Below are positions 30,570-39,766 of a stretch of 64,000 nucleotides of DNA, one piece after another (within the stretch, counting starts at the first letter, position 1; the number at the start of each line of letters is the position of its first letter). The stretch comes from Burkholderiales bacterium (GTDB lineage Bacteria; Pseudomonadota; Gammaproteobacteria; Burkholderiales; Burkholderiaceae_C): assembly GCA_026400105.1 (NCBI GenBank), contig JAPLPQ010000088.1:33425-97424 (forward strand). The letters are read 5' to 3'. A program made the position numbers and the translations under genes. Below the pieces are notes generated by a model. It ran no database searches. It was not told where the DNA came from and saw nothing but the letters and a program-made list of their open reading frames with translations.

Positions 30570-33022
30570 TCCTGCGGCTTGTTGCGGGCCGCGGTCTTGC
30601 GCGCGGGCTTGGCGCCAGGCTGGCTGTCGGCGGCGCTGACTTCAGCCGCGCTGGCCGCGTCGGTCTCGCCCGTCGCCAGCTGAGGCGCGGGCTCGTCCTG
30701 CGGCGACAGGCTTTCGACAGCTTGTGTCTGCACCTGGCCCAGCAGCTGCTCCATGGCCTCGAACATGTGCAGCGAATGCGGCTCCATGTCGCTGCGATCG
30801 CCGACGACGAAGCGCACGCTCTCGAATGCCTGGTGGCGCTGCTCGGACAAGGGCAGCAGGCGGACCAGGCTGCGCAGGGCCTGTTCGGGCTCGAATTCGA
30901 CGATCACGGACTGCTCGTGGATCAGCGCGGCGCGGCGCTGGGCGCTGAGCTGGGCGAAAGGCGGCTCGGTGGTCAGCACCTGGGCCGAACGCTCGAGTCG
31001 ATCGCGCCGCACCGAGCCGCGGCTGTCAGCCAGCAACACCAGCATGCGGACCACCGCGGCTTCATAGCCGCCCTCGTCGATGGCTTCCAGGGTGGCTTGC
31101 ACCGTCGGCAGCCAGCGCAGTTCCTCGGGCTTCTTGCGCGTGCGCTCCTGTGCCATCGACTGGCCGAACCAGTTCATCCAGGGCGCGCCATAGATCGACA
31201 GGAAGCTCATCTCGTAGGCGCTGTCGCGCAGGTCGCGGTACAGGTCCATGCCTTGCGAGATCCCGTCCGCCAGGGTCTTTTGCCAGAGCAGCCAGGGGTT
31301 GCCGGCAGCCACCGGCTGGCGTTGCTCGCGGGCCTGGCCGGCCAGCGCGCCGACCGCGGCCATGGCCGGGTTCTCGTCCGAGAAGATGCGGCGGCTGACG
31401 CGGCTGGAGTTCATGTCGCGCAGCAGCTCGGCCGACTGCGGCGTCACCATGGACTGGACCAGGGGCCGGGCCGTCATCTCGTAAAGGTCGGCGCCCAGGC
31501 GCGACAGGCGCGCAACGGCACCAAAGCCGCGCTCGAGCTCGCGGTCGTTGGGCACCACCTCGAGGATGTCGCTCATCTTGCGATCGTGGAAGCTGACGAC
31601 GAAGCGCTCCTCGGCGCCCTCGCCTTCGCTGTGGTCGATCTTCATCTCGTAGAGACCGGGGGCGAGCGCCTCGAGGGTCTGCAGCGTCGAGGTGACCTCG
31701 GCGTGTTCCTTGCGGGCGATCGAGGACGAGACGAAGATGCCGAGGTGGCCGACCTTCTCGTGCACCATGTAGACGATGCGCTGGCCGCGGATGCGGATCT
31801 CGTTCTCGTCGGAATAGGTGTCGACGATCCAGTTCAGCGCCTGCTGCGGCGGCGTGATGTTGTCGCCCTTGCTGGCGAAGACGACGATCGGCGAGCGGAT
31901 GAACTTGAGGTCGAGGTGGCGGCCGGGCTCGAGTTCGGCCTCGCCGCGCGAGAGCTTGTTGCCGATGAAGATCTGCTCGACGATCCAGCGCATCTCGGAT
32001 TCGTTGAGGAAATGGAAGCCGCCCCACCAGCGCTCGAACTCGAGGAAGCTCTCGCGCGAGCGGTCGACGTTGGCGTAGAGGTCGTAGTACTTGCCGAAGA
32101 AGTTGCGGCTCGGGTTGAGCTGCTCGAAGTTGCTGACCAGGTGGGCACCGTCGAACTCGCCGTTGGCCAGGTCCATCGACAGCAGGGCCGGTGCGATGCC
32201 GCCCATCAGGCCGCCGTTGTAGCGCATCGGGTTGGCGCCGACCTGACCCGACCAGGTCGAGACCGGCGAGCCGTTGATGACCAGCGGGCCGGTGATGTCG
32301 GGGTTGGCTGCCGCCAGCACCAGGGTGGCCCAGCCGCCCTGGCAGTTGCCGACCACGATCGGGTTCGGCGCGTCGGGGTGGCGGCGCGAGATCTCGCGCA
32401 GGAACTCGGCTTCGGCGCGCATCACGTCGGCCAGGGTCTGGCCCGGCTCGGGATGCTGGCGGAACACCACGAAATAGACCGGATGGCCGCCGCGCAGGGC
32501 GACACCGACCTGGCTGTCGGGCTTGAAGCCGCCAATGCCGGCACCGTGGCCGGCGCGCGGGTCGATGATCATGAAGGGGCGCTTCCAGTCGCTGATCTTG
32601 CCGCCTTCGGGGTGCAGGATCTTGAGCAACTGGTAGTTGGCCGGACGCGCGAAATGACGCGCATCGAGCACGAGCTCGTAGTCATAGTCGAGCACCGGCG
32701 GCGTGCCAGCCTCCTCGTGCAGCTTGTCGTTGTTGGCGCGCTCGCGCAGCACGTCGACGGTCAGCGCGCTGCGCTGGGCCGCATCGATCAGGTATTGCGA
32801 GCTGTCGGCGACCAGGCTGCCGTCCTGCAGGCTCTGGACCAGGCCCTGCTGGGTCGCAAGACCGGAGCGCCAGAGTCCAAGCGTGCGCTCGGCATGGTTC
32901 TGGAAGATTTTTTGCGCGTGGGTCGCGCTGCAGCTCAACAGGCGCTGGATCTGAGCCGCATGTTCGGCTCGCTCCTGTGCCAGACGGGACGGCAGGTTGG
33001 CTGGGCTGTAATGGGATTGCAT
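30566..33022 (-). CDS. DUF3141 family PHA synthase/depolymerase-like alpha/beta hydrolase
   Basis: DPRAGHGAGIGGFK, GNCQGG, GDNITPPQQAL, GHLGIFVS. Confidence 0.85.
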   Translation of the reverse strand: MQSHYSPANLPSRLAQERAEHAAQIQRLLSCSATHAQKIFQNHAERTLGLWRSGLATQQGLVQSLQDGSLVADSSQYLIDAAQRSALTVDVLRERANNDKLHEEAGTPPVLDYDYELVLDARHFARPANYQLLKILHPEGGKISDWKRPFMIIDPRAGHGAGIGGFKPDSQVGVALRGGHPVYFVVFRQHPEPGQTLADVMRAEAEFLREISRRHPDAPNPIVVGNCQGGWATLVLAAANPDITGPLVINGSPVSTWSGQVGANPMRYNGGLMGGIAPALLSMDLANGEFDGAHLVSNFEQLNPSRNFFGKYYDLYANVDRSRESFLEFERWWGGFHFLNESEMRWIVEQIFIGNKLSRGEAELEPGRHLDLKFIRSPIVVFASKGDNITPPQQALNWIVDTYSDENEIRIRGQRIVYMVHEKVGHLGIFVSSSIARKEHAEVTSTLQTLEALAPGLYEMKIDHSEGEGAEERFVVSFHDRKMSDILEVVPNDRELERGFGAVARLSRLGADLYEMTARPLVQSMVTPQSAELLRDMNSSRVSRRIFSDENPAMAAVGALAGQAREQRQPVAAGNPWLLWQKTLADGISQGMDLYRDLRDSAYEMSFLSIYGAPWMNWFGQSMAQERTRKKPEELRWLPTVQATLEAIDEGGYEAAVVRMLVLLADSRGSVRRDRLERSAQVLTTEPPFAQLSAQRRAALIHEQSVIVEFEPEQALRSLVRLLPLSEQRHQAFESVRFVVGDRSDMEPHSLHMFEAMEQLLGQVQTQAVESLSPQDEPAPQLATGETDAASAAEVSAADSQPGAKPARKTAARNKPQE

Positions 33023-33058
33023 GGCGATCGGGGCTCTTGTAAGGGAAACAATAGAGAT

Positions 33059-34234
33059 TCAGGACAGGGCTGTCAGTTCCGCGGCGTGCTCGGCCAGCAT
33101 GCGCTCTTCGTCGGTGGCCAGCACCAGCACCCGCACCGAACTGCGCGGCAGGCTGATTTCCTCGGCGCCGGCCTGGTTGGCCGATTCGTCGAAATCGATG
33201 CCGAGCCAGCCCATGCTGCGCAACAGGCGGCTGCGCACCTCGGCCGAATGCTCGCCGATGCCGCCGGTCAGGACCAGCGCGTCGAGGCCGCCCAGGCTGG
33301 CGGCCAGGCCGCCGAGCTCGCGCCGGCATTGCTCGACGAAATAGTCGACTGCCTCGCGCGCCGACGGCAGGTCGCTGGCCAGCAGCACCCGCATGTCGTT
33401 GGACAGGCCCGACATGCCCTTGAGGCCGGAATTGCGATAGAGCAGATCGGTCAGGCTCTGCGCATTCATGCCACGCTCGCTGACCAGATAGAGCAGCACG
33501 CCCGGATCGATCTGGCCGCAGCGCGTGCCCATCGGCAGGCCGTCGAGCGCGGTGAAGCCCATGGTCGAGGCGACCGAGCGGCCGGCGCGCATGGCGCACA
33601 TCGAGGCGCCGTTGCCCAGGTGCGCCACGATGACCCGCCCCGCCAGCAGGCCGGGATGGCGGCTCTTGAGCTGGCGCGAGATGAACTCGTAGGACAGGCC
33701 GTGGAAGCCGTAGCGCCGGATGCCCTGCTCGTAGTACTGGCGCGGCAGCGCGAAGGTGTCGGACACGAACGGGTGGCTGCGGTGGAACGAGGTGTCGAAG
33801 CAGGCCACCTGCTGCGCCTGCGGAAACGCCAGGCGCGCCGCGTCGATGCCGGCCAGGTTGTGCGGCTGGTGCAGCGGTGCCAGCGGCACCAGCGTCTCGA
33901 GCTGGGCGCGATTCTCGTCGTCGAGCAGGATCGGCTCGACATGCTCGGCCCCGCCATGCACCACGCGATGGCTGACGGCCGCGACCTCGCGGTTCGGGAA
34001 GCTCAGGCGCAGCCAGTCCAGCACGCCTTGCAAGGCATGGCTGTGATCGGCCGCAGCGCCGTCGATGGGCTGCTCGTGGCGCTCGCCCGCGGTCGTGACC
34101 GCGGAAAAATGCGCGAGCTCGCCCAGGCCCTCGACCTGGCCGACGGCCAGGCGCTCGAGGCCCTGCGGGCGCGGCTCGAACAGCGCGAACTTGATCGAGG
34201 ACGAGCCGGCGTTGAGGGTCAGCAGCAAGCTCAT
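33059..34234 (-). CDS. ackA: Acetate/propionate kinase
   Basis: NAGSSSIKF, HRVVHGG, APLHQP, YGFHGLSY, HLGNGAS, TGGIGE. Confidence 0.95.
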   Translation of the reverse strand: MSLLLTLNAGSSSIKFALFEPRPQGLERLAVGQVEGLGELAHFSAVTTAGERHEQPIDGAAADHSHALQGVLDWLRLSFPNREVAAVSHRVVHGGAEHVEPILLDDENRAQLETLVPLAPLHQPHNLAGIDAARLAFPQAQQVACFDTSFHRSHPFVSDTFALPRQYYEQGIRRYGFHGLSYEFISRQLKSRHPGLLAGRVIVAHLGNGASMCAMRAGRSVASTMGFTALDGLPMGTRCGQIDPGVLLYLVSERGMNAQSLTDLLYRNSGLKGMSGLSNDMRVLLASDLPSAREAVDYFVEQCRRELGGLAASLGGLDALVLTGGIGEHSAEVRSRLLRSMGWLGIDFDESANQAGAEEISLPRSSVRVLVLATDEERMLAEHAAELTALS

Positions 34235-35655
34235 GCCTGCACCTCCAGGTCCTGCTCGATCGGGACGGCGCAGGCACCGGTCTGGCGCCAGTGGTCGTAC
34301 AGCAGCGCCAGCGCGCAGGAAGCCAGGCGCGAGCGGTCGTTGTCGGCACGGCTGGTCAGGATCACCGGCACGCGGGCGCCGACCACCAGGCCGGCGGCCT
34401 CGGCGCGCGCAACGAAGGTCAGCTCCTTGGCCAGCATGTTGCCGGCCTCGAGGTTCGGCACGATCAGCACCTCGGCGCGACCCGCGACCAGCGACTGGAT
34501 GCCCTTGGTGCGCGCGGCGTCGAGGTCGATCGCGTTGTCCATCGCCAGCGGCCCGTCGACGGTGCCGCCGCGGATCTGGCCGCGCTCGGCCATCTTGGAC
34601 AGCACGGCGGCGTCCAGCGTCGAGGGAATGCTGGTGTTGATGGTCTCGACCGCCGACAGGATGCCGACGCGCGGGCAATCCAGTCCGCAGGCACGCGCCA
34701 GGTCGATCGCGTTCTGCGTGATGTCGACCTTGGTCGTCAGGTCAGGCGCGATGTTGATCGCGGCATCCGAGATGAACAGCAGGTGGTCGAGCATCGGCGC
34801 GTCCATCACGAACACATGGCTGAGCCGGCTGTGGCCGCGCAGGCCGTGCTCCTTGCTGACGACCGCGGCGAGCAGCTCGTCGGAGTGGATCGCGCCCTTC
34901 ATGACCGCGCCGACCTCGCCCTTGCGCGCCATCGCGACGGCAGCCGCAGCTGCTGCGCGCGGGTCGGACTCGTGCACCTGGCGCCAGCCCGAGAGGTCGA
35001 TGCCGAGCTCGGCGGCGATGCGCGCCATGCGCTCGGCGTTGCCGACCAGCACCGGCTCGATCAGCCCTTCGCGTGCCGACAGCGCCAGTCCGCCCATCGA
35101 GTTGGCGTCTTCGGGACAGACGACCGCGGTCTTGAGCGCGGTCAGCTGGCGCGCGGCGTCGATCAGGCGGGCGAAATGGTCCTTGTTGCCCAGGATCAGC
35201 GGCGGCAGGTCACGCGCCACCACGAGCTGCGAGACCCGCGGCGCCTCGACCTCGGCCTCGCCCTCGCAGACCAGCTCGCCGGCCTCGGTGCTGATGCGGG
35301 TCGCGAAGCGCGCCAGCGGCTCGGGGCCCTTCTCGATGCAGGTCACGCTGACTTGCAGCCGGTCGCCGACCTGGACCCGGCGCTGGAAGCGCAGGTCCTG
35401 GCTGCGGTAGAGCGTGCCGGGACCCGGCAGCAGATTGCCCAGCACGGCCGACAGCAGCGAGCCGACCCACATCGATGGCGCCAGCGCCGGCAGCTGCGAC
35501 TGCGACTGTTCGGCTTCTGGCAGGTTGAGCGGATTTCGGTTGCCCGAGGCATGCGCGAACAGCAGCAGGTCCTGTTCGCTGCAGACACGCTCGAGCGTGG
35601 CGCTGGCACCGAGCTCAAGCTCCTGCCAGGTGGTATTTTTTCGGGGTAGGCTCAT
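34231..35655 (-). CDS. Bifunctional MaoC-like (R)-enoyl-CoA hydratase / phosphate acyltransferase
   Basis: N-terminal hot-dog domain (FAHASGNRNPL, LPGPGTLY); PTA/PTB domain (MKGAIH, DGPLAMDNAI, PNLEAGN, LTSRAD). Confidence 0.9.
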   Translation of the reverse strand: MSLPRKNTTWQELELGASATLERVCSEQDLLLFAHASGNRNPLNLPEAEQSQSQLPALAPSMWVGSLLSAVLGNLLPGPGTLYRSQDLRFQRRVQVGDRLQVSVTCIEKGPEPLARFATRISTEAGELVCEGEAEVEAPRVSQLVVARDLPPLILGNKDHFARLIDAARQLTALKTAVVCPEDANSMGGLALSAREGLIEPVLVGNAERMARIAAELGIDLSGWRQVHESDPRAAAAAAVAMARKGEVGAVMKGAIHSDELLAAVVSKEHGLRGHSRLSHVFVMDAPMLDHLLFISDAAINIAPDLTTKVDITQNAIDLARACGLDCPRVGILSAVETINTSIPSTLDAAVLSKMAERGQIRGGTVDGPLAMDNAIDLDAARTKGIQSLVAGRAEVLIVPNLEAGNMLAKELTFVARAEAAGLVVGARVPVILTSRADNDRSRLASCALALLYDHWRQTGACAVPIEQDLEVQA

Positions 35656-35682
35656 GTGTAATCCATCAATCAGGGTTAACCC

Positions 35683-35700
35683 ATGACAGCTTATTTACCA
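35683..35700 (-). promoter_or_regulatory. Possible Pho box upstream of MaoC-Pta operon
   Basis: Perfect CTGTCAT half-site with weak upstream half TGGTAAA at 11-bp spacing. Confidence 0.4.
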
Positions 35701-35747
35701 CATAAGTCAGAACGATTAATAAGCTACAAATAAGAAAAACAAACACC

Positions 35748-35783
35748 GGATATATTGTTTATACTGTTATCACAGTTAACAAC
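35748..35783 (+). repeat. Four degenerate 9-bp tandem repeats just upstream of RHH-like gene
   Basis: GGATATAT-t, GTTTATAC-t, GTTATCAC-a, GTTAACAA-c starting at 35748, 35757, 35766, 35775. Confidence 0.6.
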
Positions 35784-35795
35784 AGGTGCAAGCCC

Positions 35796-36254
35796 ATGAA
35801 TTCAAGCAAGAAAACCAAGCCCGAAGTCGCCAACGACAAGGACAAGAAGCCCAAACTGGTGCGCGACAGTTTCACGATTCCGAAGGAAGAATACGCCGCC
35901 ATCGAGGCTCTCAAGATCCGTGCCATGACCATGGGCCTGGCGATCAAGAAGAGCGAGTTGCTGCGCGCCGGGCTGATGGCGCTGACGGGCCTGAGCGATG
36001 CCAAGCTCAAGGTGGCACTGGTGGCGGTGCCGACGCTCAAGACCGGCCGCCCTTGCGCGCCGGACAGCGCTGCGCTGGCCGCGCCCGCTCAGGCCGAAGC
36101 CGCGCCCCAGGTGGCCGTCGCCAGCGCGGCACCCGCCACCCCGGATGCACCGGCACCAGCCGCCAAGGTGCCGGCCGCGCGCAAGAGCCGCAAGCCCAAG
36201 GCTGTGGCCGCCGCCGAGGCCGCCACTGCGCTGCCCGAGTCGAACCCCGCCTGA
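35796..36254 (+). CDS. Ribbon-helix-helix-like protein with Ala/Lys/Pro-rich tail
   Basis: KLVRDSFTIP (strand), EEYAAIEALKIRA (helix), KKSELLRAGLMAL (helix), followed by low-complexity A/P/K tail. Confidence 0.7.
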   Translation: MNSSKKTKPEVANDKDKKPKLVRDSFTIPKEEYAAIEALKIRAMTMGLAIKKSELLRAGLMALTGLSDAKLKVALVAVPTLKTGRPCAPDSAALAAPAQAEAAPQVAVASAAPATPDAPAPAAKVPAARKSRKPKAVAAAEAATALPESNPA

Positions 36255-36264
36255 AGCGGGTTCT

Positions 36265-36744
36265 TCAGAGGAATTCCGGGCTCTGGACCGTCAGGATGAC
36301 GGTCTGGCTGACCCCGTTGCGCTCGCGCTGGTGCAGCCACCAGAGCGCGCCCTTCTTGATCGAGCACTCCTGCTCGGACAGTCCCAGCAGCCGCGCCACC
36401 ACCCGGCCCAGCGTCGGCTGATGACCCACGATCAAGGTCGGATGCTGCAGCTGCGGCCACTGCAGCAGCTGCAGCAGGTCATCCGGGCTGGCATCGGGAC
36501 GCAGCGCATCGCTGAGCCGGTACTTGCGCCCCAGCGCCAGCACGGTCTGCTCGGTGCGCACGGCCGGACTCGACCAGATCCGCGCGTCCTCGGGCAGATT
36601 GCGCGCCAGCCAGTTCGACATGCGGGCGGCCTGCTTCTCGCCCTTGGCCGTCAGGCGCCGCGACAGGTCGCTGCCGCCGGTCTCCTCGTTGTCGGCCAGG
36701 TCCTCGGCCTCGGCGTGGCGCCACAAGATCAGGTCTGCATTCAT
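36265..36744 (-). CDS. sixA: SixA-like phosphohistidine phosphatase
   Basis: LILWRHAEA, SSPAVRTEQT, VGHQPTLG; ATGA overlap with ppk1. Confidence 0.9.
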   Translation of the reverse strand: MNADLILWRHAEAEDLADNEETGGSDLSRRLTAKGEKQAARMSNWLARNLPEDARIWSSPAVRTEQTVLALGRKYRLSDALRPDASPDDLLQLLQWPQLQHPTLIVGHQPTLGRVVARLLGLSEQECSIKKGALWWLHQRERNGVSQTVILTVQSPEFL

Positions 36745-38816
36745 GCCTTTCCTCCATAGCGCGCCATCAGTTGGGCTTGCGCCGAATGCGCGTGCGCGCG
36801 CGATTTGCTGTTGACCCCCTGGGCCCGGAGGTAGACGCCGTCGGGCTGCAGCAGCCAGGCATCGGTGTTGTCGGCCAGGCTCATCTCCAAGCATTCGTCG
36901 ATGATGCGCCGGCGCAGCGACGGATCCGTGACAGGCCAGGCCAGCTCGATGCGACGCAGCATGTTGCGGTTCATCCAGTCGGCGCTCGAGAGCCACAGGT
37001 CCTCCTGCTGGCCGGTCTGGAAGAAGAACACGCGCGAATGCTCGAGCAGCCGGCCGATGATCGAGCGCACCCGCACATTGTCGGTATGACCCGGCACGCC
37101 GGCGGGCAGGATGCAGGCACCGCGCACGATCACGTCGACCTTGACCCCGGCCTGCGAGGCCAGCGCCAGCGCGCGCGCCAGCGGCTCGTCGGTCAGGGCA
37201 TTCATCTTGAGCACGATGCGGGCGGGCTGGCCCGCGCGCGCCGCCTGTGCCGTGGCCTCGATCCGGTCGAGCATGGCCTTGTGCAGATGGAACGGCGCGA
37301 TCAGGGCTTTTTGCAGCCGCGACAGCCGGTTCTGGCTCGCCAGGTGCAGGAAGATCTGCTCGAGGTCGCCGGTCAGCGCATCGTCGGCCGTCAGATAGCT
37401 CAGGTCGGTGTAGAGCTTGGCCGTGCCGGGGTTGTAGTTGCCGGTCGAGACCTGGGCATAGCGGCGCAGGCGCCCCTGCTCGCGCCGCGTCACCAGCAGC
37501 ATCTTGGCATGGGTCTTGAGCCCGACGATGCCGTAGACCACCTGCGCGCCGACCGATTCGAGCAGCTCGGCGTTGTTGATGTTGGCCTCCTCGTCGAAGC
37601 GCGCCTTGAGCTCGACCACGGCCGTGACTTCCTTGCCACGGCGCACCGCCTCGCGCAGCAGCTCGGTCATCTCGCCCTTGCTGCCGGAGCGGTAGAGGGT
37701 CTGCTTGATCGCCAGCACGTTCGGGTCCTCGACCGCCTCGCGCAGGAAGTCCAGCACCGCGTCGAAGCTCTCGTAGGGCTGGTGGATCAGCACATCGCCC
37801 TGCTGCAGCCGGTCGAAGAAGGACTGGCCCGGTGTCAGCTGGATCGGCCAGCTCGGCTGGTAGCGCGTAAAGCGCAGCTCGGGCGCATCGACCAGGTCGA
37901 TCAGCTGGGTCATGCGCACCAGGTTGACCGAGCCGGCCACCTTGTAGAGCGCCTCGGGCGGCAGGTCGAACTGCTGCAACAGGAAGTCCGACAGGAAGTC
38001 CGAGCAGCCGGCCGAGACCTCGAGCCGCAGCGCGCGGCCGTAGTGGCGGTGCTGCAGGCCCACGCGCAGCGCGGTGCGCAGGTTCTTGACCTCCTCCTCG
38101 TCGACCGCGAGGTCGGAATGGCGGGTGACGCGGAACTGCGAGAACTCGGTCACCTGGCGACCCGGGAACAGGTCGCCCAGGTGGGCGCGGATCACGCTCG
38201 AGATCGAGACGAAATGCACCTGGCGCGAACCCTTGACGCCCGGCATGCGCAAGAAGCGCGGCAGCGACCTGGGCACCTTGACGATCGCGACCTCGTTCTC
38301 GCGCCCGAAGGCATCGCGCCCTGACAGCCGCACGATGAAGTTGAGCGACTTGTTGGCCACCTGCGGGAAGGGATGAGCCGGGTCGAGCCCGACCGGCAGC
38401 AGCAGCGGCTGCACTTCCTGGGTGAAGAACTCGCGCACCCAGCGACGCTGGCGCAGGTTGCGCTCGCCATGCGGCACGACCTTGATGCCGCGTTTCTCGA
38501 GCAGCGGCAGCAGCTCGCTGTTGTAGATCTGATATTGCTGATCGACCAGGCGATGCACATGCTCCGAGAGCTCGGCATAGCTCTGCACCGTCGCCGGACC
38601 GCGCTGCTCGTTGCTCAGGCGCGCGCTCAGGTGCGGCTCGAAGCGGACCTCGAAGAACTCGTCGAGGTTGGAGGAGACGATGGTCAGGTAGCGCAGCCGT
38701 TCGAGCAGTGGTACCTCGGTCCGGCGCGCCCAGTCCAGCACGCGCTCGTTGAAGGCCAGGATGCTCTGGTCACGATCAAGGAAGGGCACACGGGACAAAT
38801 GGGTAGCGACTGTCAT
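36741..38816 (-). CDS. ppk1: Polyphosphate kinase 1
   Basis: FNERVL, SSNLDEFFEVR, HPFP, ELKARFDEEAN, KTHAK, LEHSR, SADWMNRN. Confidence 0.97.
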   Translation of the reverse strand: MTVATHLSRVPFLDRDQSILAFNERVLDWARRTEVPLLERLRYLTIVSSNLDEFFEVRFEPHLSARLSNEQRGPATVQSYAELSEHVHRLVDQQYQIYNSELLPLLEKRGIKVVPHGERNLRQRRWVREFFTQEVQPLLLPVGLDPAHPFPQVANKSLNFIVRLSGRDAFGRENEVAIVKVPRSLPRFLRMPGVKGSRQVHFVSISSVIRAHLGDLFPGRQVTEFSQFRVTRHSDLAVDEEEVKNLRTALRVGLQHRHYGRALRLEVSAGCSDFLSDFLLQQFDLPPEALYKVAGSVNLVRMTQLIDLVDAPELRFTRYQPSWPIQLTPGQSFFDRLQQGDVLIHQPYESFDAVLDFLREAVEDPNVLAIKQTLYRSGSKGEMTELLREAVRRGKEVTAVVELKARFDEEANINNAELLESVGAQVVYGIVGLKTHAKMLLVTRREQGRLRRYAQVSTGNYNPGTAKLYTDLSYLTADDALTGDLEQIFLHLASQNRLSRLQKALIAPFHLHKAMLDRIEATAQAARAGQPARIVLKMNALTDEPLARALALASQAGVKVDVIVRGACILPAGVPGHTDNVRVRSIIGRLLEHSRVFFFQTGQQEDLWLSSADWMNRNMLRRIELAWPVTDPSLRRRIIDECLEMSLADNTDAWLLQPDGVYLRAQGVNSKSRAHAHSAQAQLMARYGGKA

Positions 38817-38876
38817 GAAAATCTGGCGGAATTCCGGAAAAACCTCGCATTATCCCCAGACATCATGCCCAACATG

Positions 38877-38894
38877 ATGAAAAAATGATGACAA
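38877..38894 (-). promoter_or_regulatory. Putative Pho box upstream of ppk1
   Basis: Minus strand TTGTCAT-catt-TTTTCAT. Confidence 0.55.
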
Positions 38895-38902
38895 AGGCCA
38901 GA

Positions 38903-39766
38903 TCAAGGCTCGGCAGCGGCAGTTTTTTCCGGCAAGGCCGCAGCCTTGGCATCCTGGGCCAGGACCCGCTCATCGGGCCAATGCACGATCTCGAGCCGGC
39001 CGTCCTGGTGCTCGACCAGCGCCGTCAGGCTCTCGACCCAGTCGCCATCGTTGCAATACAGCGTGCCATCGATGACGCGCATCTCGGCGCGGTGGATATG
39101 GCCGCAGACCACGCCATCGAGGCCGCGCTTGCGCGCCTCGGCCGCCACCGCCGACTCGAAGCTGCTGATGAAATTGACCGCGCCCTTGACCCGGTGCTTG
39201 AGGTATTGCGACAGCGACCAGTAGGGCAGGCCCAGACGGGCGCGCAGGCTGTTGAGATGGCGGTTGAGCCGCAGCGTGAACTCGTAGAGCGTGTCGCCCA
39301 GATAGGCCAGCCATTTGGCGTACTGGATCACGCCGTCGTAGAGGTCGCCATGCACGACCCACAGGCGCCTGCCGTCGGCGGTGGTGTGGATGGCCTCGGT
39401 CACGACCTCGACGCCGCCAAAATGATGATCGACGAAATGGCGCACGAACTCGTCGTGATTGCCCGGCACGAAGATCACGCGGCAGCCCTTGCGTACCCGG
39501 CGCAGGATCTTCTGCACCACATCGTTGTGCTCCTGCGGCCAGTACCAGCGCCGGCGCAGCTGCCAGCCGTCGATGATGTCGCCGACCAGATACAGGTGAT
39601 CGCTCGGGTTGGACTTCAGGAAGGACAGCAGCGCCTTGGCCTGGCAACCCTGGGTACCGAGGTGGACATCGGAAATGAAGATGCTGCGCAGCCGCGCACC
39701 CGACTCGCCGTGCGGCTCGGAGGCCGAGCTTTCACCACGACCCTCGAACAGATCGGCGGTACGCAT
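38903..39766 (-). CDS. PlcP-like metallophosphoesterase (phospholipase C of phosphate-stress lipid remodelling; often annotated LpxH-like)
   Basis: FISDVHLG, GDIIDGW, GNHD, HGD, CGHIH, NDGDWVESLTALVE. Confidence 0.8.
   Translation of the reverse strand: MRTADLFEGRGESSASEPHGESGARLRSIFISDVHLGTQGCQAKALLSFLKSNPSDHLYLVGDIIDGWQLRRRWYWPQEHNDVVQKILRRVRKGCRVIFVPGNHDEFVRHFVDHHFGGVEVVTEAIHTTADGRRLWVVHGDLYDGVIQYAKWLAYLGDTLYEFTLRLNRHLNSLRARLGLPYWSLSQYLKHRVKGAVNFISSFESAVAAEARKRGLDGVVCGHIHRAEMRVIDGTLYCNDGDWVESLTALVEHQDGRLEIVHWPDERVLAQDAKAAALPEKTAAAEP

Noticed and set aside
30722-35410. 1562-aa plus-strand ORF and other long antisense ORFs (e.g. 3457-5514, 28683-30683, 53721-56066, 57355-60138)
   Set aside because: Shadow frames of well-supported genes in a high-GC genome; no recognisable motifs
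38903-39766. Calling this gene lipid A lpxH
   Set aside because: The motif set (GDIIDGW, NDGDWVES) and context with OlsB, GT4 and Pho boxes fit PlcP-like enzymes better
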